Shown here one piece after another: positions 34,729 to 47,000 of a DNA stretch of 64,000 nt. Position 1 is the first letter of the stretch. The number at the start of each line of letters is the position of its first letter. Below the pieces are notes generated by a model that was given only the letters and a program-made list of their open reading frames with translations, made no database searches and was not told where the DNA came from. Source of the DNA: Yuukianura sp. NJ FZ-2021 (taxonomy: Eukaryota); contig CM102285.1 of the NCBI GenBank assembly GCA_046563655.1, positions 8,866,001 through 8,930,000 on the forward strand, given 5' to 3'. The position numbers and the translations under genes were made by a program.

Positions 34729-35084
34729 TAAGTATTTCTCAGAATCTCGGCAGATCTTCAGCAATTTTCAATTCATTTTTACTCACATCGGATCACTGAA
34801 ATGGATGGTGTCAATTGACGTAGCCACATCATCCAGAAACAAAAAGTCGGAAACGCAGGTAAGATGAAAAGTAGTTCAGCTTCCTGGATTCCAACTAATA
34901 AAGAACGAGCTAGATGGCGTATGTCTGGTTGGAATCTAATTTTGGAAATGTAGTTTTTCGTATTATTAAGTTGAACTTCAAAGTTTGGTTAGAAAAATTA
35001 GGTTAAGTAGATTAATAATAGTAGTTGTTAATTAATTGATTGATAATTAAGAGGCAAAACATTGTTAAATGGATTATGAACATG

Positions 35085-38000
35085 TTATAAAATCCCCATT
35101 GTCATGAGGGACATTATTAGAGAAAAGATTTGTCGTTGTGAAATGTTGTAATTGGTGAAATTCCGAGTAGGAGGAGTCGGTTTCTTTGGTAGTGTGGCAT
35201 TAGTATTCGCATTTGCAGTTGAAACTTGCGCAAGCGCAACGTTGTTCGCCAGGTCTCCGTGTCCTTGACCAGGAGAGCCGATGTGACCTTTGGGCAGGGT
35301 TGAAATCCCGAAGATTTCCTGGCCTTGTGGAGATTGGAGCTGGGACAGACTGGATTTTCGCTGAAGCGTAGACGAGGTCGTTGGTCCACATGAAGTTCTG
35401 GGTGAGAAGTGGACTTCCTTGTGAGGCCGTTGACCATGACCTTCAGGCGCTTGACCCTGACTTTGATGTGTCGGGATGAGGTCATTCACGTCGTTGTAGA
35501 AACATGGTGGCTGCCTTCCGCCATGGAAGTTGTAGTTGAGCACTTCGGAGGTATTCGGATCTCCTCGGGGCGTAATGACTCCGACAGTTTCTGGATTATT
35601 GTGTTGAGCAGGAGAGTGTTGTTGAGAGTGATGAAAGGAAGTGGCTGTGGTTGAGCTGGATTTGAGCAGTTCTGGAGGCTCTCCATAATTCTGGAGCTCA
35701 TCTTCTTCCGTAAACTCCGCTCGACGGTCACTGGCTGCCTCTTCGTCGGCACTTCCTCGTCTACGGCCCTTCTTTCTCCTCATCATCTCCTCGACGCGCT
35801 TCTTGTCACGTTGGTAATAGACGAGGGCGAAGATGAAAACATTCAGGATCAGGAACGAACAGCCTAGTGAAGACAAAATAAAAAAAATATTAATAAAATA
35901 AAAGTACATTTTTAGTGTAACATTTTTAAAACAAACCGAACATATTTAAATTTTCCACTTTCTCTAACACTTTTTCTTTTCTTGTACTGCAACTTTTTTG
36001 TTTCTGCTTTAAAAGTGAGTCTAAAAGAAGAAATAAACTGTTTGACCTGACCCTGACCTATTCCGCTTCTACTCCCGAAACTTTCACTCTTTCTGTGAAA
36101 GTGAAAATAATGTCGTAAATCTAAGGTAAATTTATAGTTGATTGCTTTCTTGCGTTAATTGTTCCCTTCCAGAAGATTTGAAAATGAATGGGCTCGTAAA
36201 GAGGAACCAGGGTGGGATATCCATGACCAGGGAAAGCGTTTTCCATTTTGTACAAGATTGATATCTAATCCAAAGGCTTTAGCCAGAAGACAAAAGAGGG
36301 TGGATCGGTGTCCCAACAATTAAGTGCATAAATCCACTCTCTCGTATACACTTAAAAAATACTTTCCTCTTTTCCCAGTTCCAAATCCACAAAAAGTGGC
36401 TGGAGTCTAGAAAAAGTTGCTGGAAATCCACAAATAACTAGTGACCATGTAGAAACTACATGGTTGTTGCAACCGCTTTCTACCATGGGAGAAAGTGGTT
36501 TGAGGGAGAAAGCCCTGACTTATGAGACAGTTGTAATGGTAGAGTGGAGTCCAGCAGAAAAGCAACAGCGGAGAATTTAGTTTTGTTATGTCCGCTTTGC
36601 TTATGTTAGGTTAAGGTTAGGTTTAGGTTAGGTTAAACTGACCGAGTGCAATTGTAATCGAGAGGAGGGTGGTGTACGGTGAGAATGGACTGGAGTTGTT
36701 GGCACTGCTGTTGCTTCCTAGTAGTTCTGTTCTGTTTTTGTGTGACTCGGCAGCGGCTGGAGCTAGAGCAGCGTCAACAGTTGCTAGGCTACCGCGACTC
36801 GCTGCTTCGGAAGCAAGGGAAGACAGGGGAGAGTAGCATGTCGTTGGAGGAGACGGCGGAACTCCGGTGCCATTGTACGAATCTGCTCCCATGTCACCTT
36901 CAAAAGCGGACGGATCCAGAGCCACTTCCAGTTCTTGTGGAAGATGCAAACTAAACAAAAGAAACAAAAACAAAGACAAAAGTGAATTCAAAACAAAAGC
37001 GACAAAACAAAAGTGAATTCAAAGCGGTGAAATAGAAACACTAGGAAAAATGTACCTGCCAACGTAAAGAGATGGATTGTAACCTCCGCGCATTCGATTA
37101 TGGTAAAAAGATGCATACTGAGCTCCACTCCGTTGAAGTTCCGGAACAAGTCTACAAAAAAAGTTGACATTTTTACAATCACTTTTTATGTTTGAAAAAG
37201 CGCTGAAAAGAGGATTAGTTTTCCAGTTTTAGTGGAACTGGGTTCCTGCTGGTGTGGATCTTGCAAGATAAATCCAAAGTTGGCTACTAAAATTTGGAAA
37301 TGAAATGGAGGTTAGGTTAGGTACCCAACGTAAACTTTACCTGAGCCAAATGGCCATTTGATGAGCTCGGAAGTGACTTCTGACTCGAACTCTATTTGCA
37401 CTGATTTCCAGATATTTTTGATGAAGACGGTCGTAGGGTTCCCATTGAACGTTACGATACTTGTTCCGTTCCTTGGAAATTGGCCAAGTCAAAACATCCG
37501 GTTTAATTGGGTCGTTAGTGTCTCTATGAACAAATGAACAAATCCAATTAGTAAGAGTCTCGAGAGTCATGTGACTCAAGAGTCATGAGTCACGAGTCAT
37601 CGACTCAAAGGATTCAATTGATGGTTGGTTACCCAGTGTGAATGAAGTTGGACAGATGGATAACCATGAGTTCGGCCAAGGCAACTTCTGTTTTGCTGTA
37701 ATTCGCTGGAAGTGGCGCTGGGTAGAACGGAACGCCGTGTCCATTGTGGTCCTGGAGCGGCAAGCCGAAGAAGTAATTGAGCTCCTCGCCACCTCCGGGG
37801 CCAATCTTTTGCTGTTAATTGAACCAATTTTAGTTAATTAAATGTAATTAATTGAAGTTAACTCATGTCTACGCAATATGGAATGTAAGAAGCAAGATGC
37901 CAAGGAATGCCAACGGCCGCTCAATCATTTGCCATTATCACCAGTGTAACTTTCAAGGGGGGCGCTTTTCCACAGAATCGGCGGATTCCACTGACACTCT

Positions 38001-41000
38001 CAGGTCTTGATGTTTTCCAAATCCCAGTCGTGAGCGCGTACCATTTATTATAGCGCGTCATTATTGTCATTCTCATTACATAAGTTATGCCAATTTTGGC
38101 ACAGACTTATAAGCACGAATTAATAACACGCAAGCAAGCATTTGCATAATTTACAAATGTGCTTTATGTAATTGTAACTTATGTAAGATGTAAGAGCACT
38201 AACTTGGTAGTTGTAGAGGCCCTCTTTGGTGGAATGATCGAAAACGTAGAAGTATGATTTGTTGAGCCTTGGTGAGTCGAATGAAGATATGACTGGAGCG
38301 AGGCTTAAGGCATCTGTGACCGCAAGAAGCGTGAGGTCACGCGTAGCAATGGGGTGCTGCGGAGATCTAAATCAGGTTGAAAGAATCAAAGAATAAATTT
38401 ATGGAAAGAAAGACGTGATTTGAGTCGATCATTAAAAATATTAAACTTTGGGAATTGGCGCACATTCTGCAGGGGTTTGAAAGTGACGCTCGTCACCACG
38501 GGACAACGACATTGTCGCCTCGTCGTCTGCTGTCAGGGGAAAAAAGAACAAAAGAATTCCTAATGCAAGTCTTATCCTTTCAAACGTGACCAGAAAATTC
38601 AATTCACCCGATTCAAAGACGATGGCATGATTTCGGATTGAATTTTTTTTGAAAACGATTTCAAAAGGAAAACTGAAAATCCTTGAAAAGTTTCTTTAAA
38701 ATTTCTTTTAACTAAAGTCTCAAGTTAAAACAAAGACAAAAGGCGAATTCCAAAAGAGTGAAAAGTTCAACTCATACCTACTATTACTTCGTTATAAGTA
38801 TGGGAAATCCGAATAACCACTATCAAATACTTCAAATTTTTGAAAATTTTTGAAAATCTTGAAATTCTTCCAATTTTACCTTTCCCAGTCGATGTACTCG
38901 TTGGTAATTGTGGCCAAAATCTCATTGAGATGAAATCGATAAGAGTTTCTCACAAGAGTTCTCAAAATTGCATCTCGTCGAAGTCCTTCAAACCCAACAG
39001 CCAAGTCAGCCTGAAATTTTAAAAAATTGAAATTATGAAATGAATTCGAACTGAAATCAGCAACTGCCACTCTTTTTTGAAAGTTCCATTCCACGTTTAG
39101 CTGATTTCCCCAACTTTTCCTCTTTCTTCTCTCCTTCATTTTTCCCCCTTTATTTCTCCCACAATTTTTGAACATTTTCTCTCAATTTTTTTCTATAAGC
39201 AATTTTTCGCTCTTTTATCCTCTCTGTCTCTCATAAAACGTTGAGTGGAACAGGAACATTTTGACCGTTGACCTTTGCCATAAAAAATAGTAATTTTGAC
39301 ATGATTCTTTTGAAAATTTGAAGCTTTACCTCGCTGAATGCCGTGAGCATTTCGACTGAGGAGATTCCGAAGAGTAAATCATACTTGGGCAATAAATCTC
39401 TCTTGCCCATCGGAGACTCACTTCCACTCCCGCCTTGCTACAAAATGGAAAAAAAAACGTAGAAAATGAGTAATGAAAAACAATTTAAAATCAGTCACTT
39501 TCTCTTAACGTTTTTTCATTCGAATTTTTTTAGAAAGGCGCCACTGGACCAAACTTTTCTCTTTTACTTCACTTTCTCTTTTACTTTTACTTTTTTGTGA
39601 AAGTAAAAGTTGCTCTGCTTCAAGATGTTAACTCAAGTGTCAGGTAAAGCGATGTCCAAATGGATAGAAAATAGGCGGGAAACGGAACAGAAATGAAAAG
39701 TTTTTTCATTAATCAATCGTCCTTGTCGTCCTCGTCGCTGGGAGTAGTCGTCAGACACATCGTGGACACTTTTTTGAGATAGTCAACCGATCAACACTTT
39801 TTTTAAGAAACTTCACCTAACTTTAAAAAAATAATAGGAAAACTCAACTTTTCGGATCAAATTGTTTGAAAATAAAATTTTGAAATTGAAGTTTGAGTGA
39901 AAAAAGAAGATGGCGAGGGTTTGATGTTGGGAAATTTGAAAAATTCCGCTCAGACAAAAGTTGAATGGGTTAACTTTGATCGTTGAGGTTAGTTCGGCGG
40001 TGTTTCCTTTTGAGAAAAGTTAGAAAAAAAGACACTAAGGAACAGGCGTGCGCAGGTCGTAATTCACTTCCAATCTTTTTGCTTCCCTAATAGTTTACAA
40101 CAAGAGAAAGACTTTTACTCTTAGTTTTTTTTCCAAATAACTTAACTTTCTTTCTCTGGAAAATAGCTGGAATTTCAAGCCGGTTTTAGGGAGAGAGAAA
40201 AAAGTGATTTACGACCTGTTGTTACCAACTTGTAACCGAGTCTATTCTGGAACATCAGGAAATGACAAAGTCAAAAGAAAGGTAGAATGATGGTGGCGTC
40301 AGCATGTCACTACATGAGTCCAATTACAGAGTAAGTACTAACACTGAAGACAATGTGTAAAATAAACGCTAAATGTAATTACATGTTACGTAACTTTCAA
40401 GAATAGGTTTTCTAACCCGTGCGTTTAACCTCTATTCTAAATCATGCTCGTAGTTGTGATCTGTGTGAGCGCGTCAAATTAATTTTTGACTAATGTGTGT
40501 TGTATTTATGTAAGCGGCACTAACGCAGTTTCTTCTCTACTTTATCTAGATGCTTCCAAGACTCAAGTAGTTTTCCAAATATTACGGAAATTAAACTGGA
40601 AACATTAAAGTAAAAAGTTGGTTTACCTTGAAATCAGGCCGAATTACGATTCCATCAACACTTGGGCCAAAGTCAACAGAGAATTTTGGGGGGTGAAATT
40701 TAGAAAAATATGAAAAGTGTTTATTTTTTAAACAATCGAAGAGTGAGTCTGGAGTGTGTGAGGGCTTTCCATTAGGAGCTCCCATTGGATTTGATCCATT
40801 TTGACTTGCAGCTACATGCGGTGGAATCGAACAATTCAAAGATTCTGCCAATGCGTTAGCAACTGACGATGGATCCTCCACTAACGCCCAAGGCGCATGC
40901 GCCGATCCGGCTATCAACACTGCTCGATGAAACAATCCTACAGAGATCGTATTTTTTTAACTTTAAGAAAACTTGTTAAAATCATGAAAATTTGAAGTGA

Positions 41001-44000
41001 GTCACGAAGTTCATGTTACAGCTACCTTCCATTACAGCCGGGGATGACATGAGGAAATGAATTGAGGCGGCACCTGGAAAAATTCAAAAATCCAGCTCCA
41101 GTTTCTCGTCAGTCGTAGTGACAGTTGCCGCGGTGACTTTTGAGACTTACCGCTTTCATATCCCATCAGCGTAATGCTCTCAGGATCTCCTCCGAAGGCG
41201 GGAATATTTTCTTTAAGCCAGTGCAAAGCCGCAATTTGATCCATGAGACCGTAATTGGCAACGCGTGGTTTCGTGAGAGGTGAAGGATTGACGTTCAGAA
41301 AACCTAAATAGGTTATGTAAGGTTACTTTGGAAACTAACCTTAAATATAAGGTTAGGTTGGAAGTAACGCAAATAGAGTCGGATGGCCAAGCAGAACCTA
41401 TTGATTACTTTCACTTTAACTTTGAAAAGGAAAGTGACAGAGAAAGTTGTAGCTTTTCCGCACAAGGTTCTGCGGAGGTAGGAGGACGGAAAGAGTAATG
41501 TTTCGGTTGGTTGGTTGGGAAATAAATTTGAGACTGTTCTAAAACGCTATAGAACCCAGCATTCCCCCACAACTTCCTTATCCTATTTCCCGCTCTTTTT
41601 CTACTTTCCCCCTCTTTTTCCCCTGTTTCTTTCTTATGCTTTTTTTCAGTCCGTCTTACCCAGGACTCCGAGCCGATAATTAATAGTTACAACGACCACG
41701 TCGGCAGAGACGGAGAGAAGCGTTCCATCATAGAGATTCCCACTTCCCCAGGAAAACTTTCCACCATGAATAAAAACGAGGACGGGGCGCAGGGACTTGG
41801 ACTTTTCTGTTGTAGATGGACCTGCAAGAAAAAAGTTTTGAAAAAAAGTTTTTAGAAAAAATTTAGGACAAGGAAAAGTTTAGAAAACGGAGAAAATGAA
41901 AGACGCGAAACCTAACCGCTATACGATGCTCCAGTTTGGAATTCATAAAAGTCTCAAAAATTTTGCATTCAAGTCAACTCAGGTTTCTAAAAAACTTTTC
42001 AAAATTTAGGACCTCCAATACTCTTTAGCACCCTCGTCCTCCTTGTGGCTTTTAGGGTAGGTTATGCTAACCTAACCTAATTTATCAATAAGTGCATCAC
42101 GTAAACTGCGTAAACATCCACCCACTTTATGGATCCCACAAAAAAGTGGGTCAAAACTCCCGCTAAAATAATTTCGCTAAAAACTCGCTCTAAAATAATT
42201 TTCACTTGATGGTTTAATTTTCCCGTCGAAACTTTGGGACAGTTTAAGTTTTTCAACGCTTCCTCCGTTAGTATGACATAAAAAGTGAGAGCCCTTAATA
42301 ATTTCAGTAGGCAACTTTCCCCAACAGTCGCTAACTCTGTGTATAAAAGGTCCGTTCTCTCTTCCCCTTCGGTTGAAGTAAGGCTGATCCCCGCTAGTAC
42401 ACCATCGCTCATATAAGTTAACCACATGCTATTAACTTATTAGATAAAGATTTACATAAAGATATAATTACATGACAATCCAATCATACCGAATGTAAGC
42501 AATACAACTGGCTACTACGTAGTATGCAATTATTTTTGTAGTAAATGATCTATACGTTACGTACGTAACGAAGAGATCACTAACTACAAAATAATGCAGC
42601 TTAATACTAATTGCCAGCGTAATTCAATGACAAGCACGACTACATCACAAGTATGATCGGCGAGCAAAAAAATCATTGCATGATTACATGAACAATACAG
42701 CTTATTTTGTTGCAGAAAATATTACCCATCCTATTCCTTCAAAAGTAGCTATACTAATGATGTAATGATGTAATAGCTCATACTCTCCGGGGTTATTAGT
42801 TCTGCTTGTGTACGGTTCGCCGGTAGGGTTAGGTGGTGGTACAAAGGACGGGGATAAAATACACTTCAACCTTATGCATCAGAAGGTAGTTACTTCCTCC
42901 TGTAGTTGCTGAGTAGAGCTCATCTAATTAATGGAGCCACATTCCAAGAAGTTCCAAATGTTCTCCATACACTTTCACGTCCACTTTCACTTCTGCTCCT
43001 CGACTAAGCATTGGGATAGCGTGCAGCCCGGAATAACTTTCTGCTTTCACTCCATTCCACGTCCCTTTATTGGAACATTTACATTATTGGTTCCCTTTCA
43101 AAGTTCCCTCCAATACCCAACTCCTTGGAGGCCTCAGAGGAAGACATAAAGCAAGGGCTAAGAGTCTCCCGGGGGGCTGAGGACAAGATCCTACAAAAGA
43201 TATTCTACCCGCTTTCACAATATTCACCCAAAGACCAGCAGGCAAAGTGTCAATTTAAAAACAGACCAAAAGAGGGTCACGCTTTTACTTCCAGGCACAT
43301 GGACGCAAATGTGCCAAAACGAGCGTTTTTTCAAAGAATTCTTTAGTAGAGCCTTATTTCTTGCTAAAGTTTTCTTGCGTGCAGAATGAAGGTTTGACTT
43401 TTCTCCTTGGTAGTTTTCCCTCCCGCTTTTTCAGACTTGTTTTCTTTTTTACATGATTTCTTTTCATCGGGTTTCACAGTTTTTTTGGCGCTTTATTCAT
43501 GGTTTTCTCGTGTTTTTCATCAGTGCTTTCTTCTGCAAATTTTTTCTTGCTACGTTTTTCCTGCTGTTTTTTTTGTGCGTGTTTTCACTCCGCAGTTTCA
43601 TTTTCTTTCACAGTACGTTTTTTTTGGCTGCGTAATTTTCTTCATACTTTTTTTGCTAGTTTTTTGTCCGAGTTTTTTTTTCTGATAGTTTATTTCATTG
43701 TAGTTTTGGATTCGTTTCCTTTTGTGTTTATTATAAGTTTTTAGAATGCGTCGTTTCACTCTTGTTGAAAAAATGAACAAAAAGAAAAGAGGAAACAAAA
43801 CATTTTTATAGTAGAAACGATAAGAGTTGCTTTCCTGCTTTTTGTCATAATCGCGTTCCTTTTCTGAATGTGCTTGGTGATATCTAGTAGGAGAAAGCAG
43901 AGAAAGCAGTAGACGCTGGGTCCAAGAGAAAAGAAAAAAATGGTCATTGTCTTTCAAATGGCGAAGACGTGCTTTCCAGCAAGAAGAAAAATAGCATAAG

Positions 44001-47000
44001 AAAAGGGTGGGAGGAAGAAAAAATTGAACGTCTTCTCAATTCTGATCGACAGCAGATGCTAAGGACTTTGCTTTTGGAATAGAAAAATGGAAGTTTCAGA
44101 AACGACTTCAATTTTTGTTAGAAAGAAGGTTTTTAAAAAGGAAAGAAAAGATTTAACCATGGGAAGAAAGAGAAAATTTTTGAATACAAAATTTTGGTGA
44201 ATTTTGAAAAAAAAAAATGAAACATGTTTTCCCCGCCCGTCTGGTGGATATAATAAAACTGGTTTCACGTTGTTTTATTTTCTGACTTTCTCCCAGAACA
44301 GTTGTAGCTTCTGTGGCATCTTTTCATCGGAACGCATCAGTTCGCGGGAAGTTGAATCTTTTCTTGTCTTTTTTTTTAAAATGGAATTTGGTTGCCGCCA
44401 CCAGCAGCCTCGCGTCTGCCTTAAATTTAATTTTGTTTGGAGGGAGTTGTGCGATATGCTGGTGTGCATTTTCACTTTCTTTTTGTGTTAGGTTAGCATA
44501 ACCTATTTCTGCTTTCTCTCTTTTCTCCTTATCTCTCCATGCCCCTCCAATGAACCCACAGAATGTACCTGTATCATCACGTAACAATACAACCTCATTT
44601 CCATATGAACCAAAACCGTATTTCCAAAATTAGAAAAGAAATATAAAAAAAATGAAAAAAGTCTCAGAAATGAACAAAACCGTGAGCGAGGAATGAAATT
44701 CCTTTTTGGATACTGCGACTTTTTCACCGCATTTCGTTCTCACGGTCTAGACTGTTTTAAAAAAAACTAACTTTACAGTATCACGTTTTTTAATAAAGGC
44801 AAAACTTTTTACAAAAGAAACTTTCATCAACTAGAGGGATGAGTAACCCTTATCTAACTTCTATAAGCTAAGGCGGGTAAGTGTTTGCCGCAATACCTAC
44901 TATACTTCCTCCGATTTATGAAAGTTGACTTTATGCTTACAAAAAATCTCAAGAAATGTGAGAAATGCACTCCGTGAAAAGAGAAGGATTTGAGATAAAT
45001 TTTGACTTTTCAGTTTGTAGAGTTTCAGTTTTTAACATTTCGAGTTTTGGAAGTGAAAGCGGAAGGATGTTTTTTGGTAAGTTCCATCCGGAGAAAAAAG
45101 TAAGCTTTTGGTGCTTCGAGTGAAACTTAATGAATGAGTAATTTTCTTAATTGGGGAAATGGTTTGGGGTGAATGGTTGAGTGCCTCTGAGTAGAGCAGC
45201 AGTGAAAGTGACTGCAAAGAAAGAGCGGGATTTTTTCTGTGTAAAATCTGGACGTCAAAGGGGGTTGTGCGGTGTAAGAGTAATGAGGCTCGGAGAATCA
45301 TAATATCTAGCCTTGGCAACTCTTCAGATGACTTCTCGCTTTCACTTCCTCTGCAGAAACAGAAAAAAAAGCAGAAAAGGCAAGGAAATGTGAGGCTGCA
45401 GTAGCAGCAGCCACGACATTTTTTGGAAGTGAAAGTGGGCAAGGAAAAGTTGGAGAAGAGAAAGCTTTTTCCACAAACATGACGCATTTCCATGTCAGCT
45501 TGCCGCCTGCCTTGTACAAAAGAACACGTAACACGGCACAACTGGAAATTGTTAGACTAGTGACAAAACCATGGCACGCTTTTACATAACACACATTTAC
45601 ATAATTGGTAATTATTTCGGAGGTACAAACTTTAGGATAATATAAACTGAACAGACACAGTACAATAGCAATGTAAGTAATTTACCTTATTATAACTTTA
45701 GTAGAGATCTTCACATATTAATTCAAGCGCATGCACTGCTTACATATTAAGTTGCGCTTGCGCAAGCATAAGAAATAAAACGAGAATAACTCTATTTACA
45801 CAAGGAGTGCCACTGAAGTAGTGAGTGGCGAAGTATTTAAACGCTTTTTTTAACGTTTTACTTTTTGTTTTAACGTCAAGTACAGGAAGATACATTTTAA
45901 ATTGGTTTTGTCGTTTGAAGTGAAAGGGTAAGTTTGTGTTTATTATATTAGCGGAAGTAGTGATTGACTTTTGTTTCAGTTCGCTGAACAATGTGGGTTT
46001 ATCCATGATTTCGGACAGGGTGGACAGGCGCCAAACTTTGAAACAGAGTGGTATTGATACGAAAGAAAAATCAAAGGAAATGGAATGAAAGCCTCATCCA
46101 AAAATTTGGAAAGGGAAATCAAAGCCCGTTGCGTTAGTCGCTCCACTTGGGATTTTAATCATCAATTCTAAACCGGAGAGTGATCGTGGAAAGCTGTCAC
46201 TTTCTATGTCTCGTTATTTGAAATTCTCTCCCTTTTCTCCCGCCGCACTCTCACTTTCTCTTTGAATTTCCATCCTCCGGCTTCCACTGGACCGCAACAC
46301 ACACAAACCACCAACATCCACTCTATGCTCGGTCAATATTAACTCCTTCGGAAGCATTGTGCTACTACAAAATCACCTTTGCAATACAATTCCTTTCAGG
46401 TATTGTTCTGGTACTATGTTTAGACATCCTAACCAGGATTATGGATCACCAGTATTGTATTTACTCAGCTTAGTAACAATATTGCTCACCAAAATATGGA
46501 TCACCCACCATTTTTAAATCATACCAGAATAAGCCAATACCAGATTATGTTATTATGTTACAATAGGATTAGCAATACTAGTGCCAGAGCTTGTTTTAGC
46601 AGAACTTCCTTTACCAGAAGCAGTTACGCTGCTATACCATATAATATGTAAGTAACCTGCTGTAGTAGAATAAGCTAAATTAAAGGCTGAACCAGTTTTC
46701 CCATATTCGTAGGCCTAAGAACTAGAAAGAATTTTGCACAACCTAGATCTGGTTGTTAGGATTTAGAGTGAAAGAGTTTCGCTTGAGTTCTCTGTTCACG
46801 TAGCCTCTTCGTAGGAGTGAAATTTCAATTTGAGTCGTAGTTTAATGACCAAACGGGTCTCTAATTAGGGGTCGTTGAGATTCGAAAGAGAAGGAAACAA
46901 TAGAGAGTTTGGGAAATGACTTATGCTTTCTCTACTTTCCAATTCCATCCACCTACCCTTTGTGCTACCAGATGCTCTAGTTTCCACTTCCCTTTAAGGC

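Noticed and set aside
36606..36635. TTAGG tracts as a telomere or chromosome-fusion site
   Set aside because: Tracts are only 2-6 degenerate units, dispersed in both orientations.
41140..41170. GYESG as an active esterase GxSxG motif
   Set aside because: The Ser is one position off the nucleophile register and the catalytic His is also absent.
43407..45594. F-rich, K-rich and C-rich ORFs in neuroligin introns
   Set aside because: Products of low-complexity T/A tracts; no domain or splice support.
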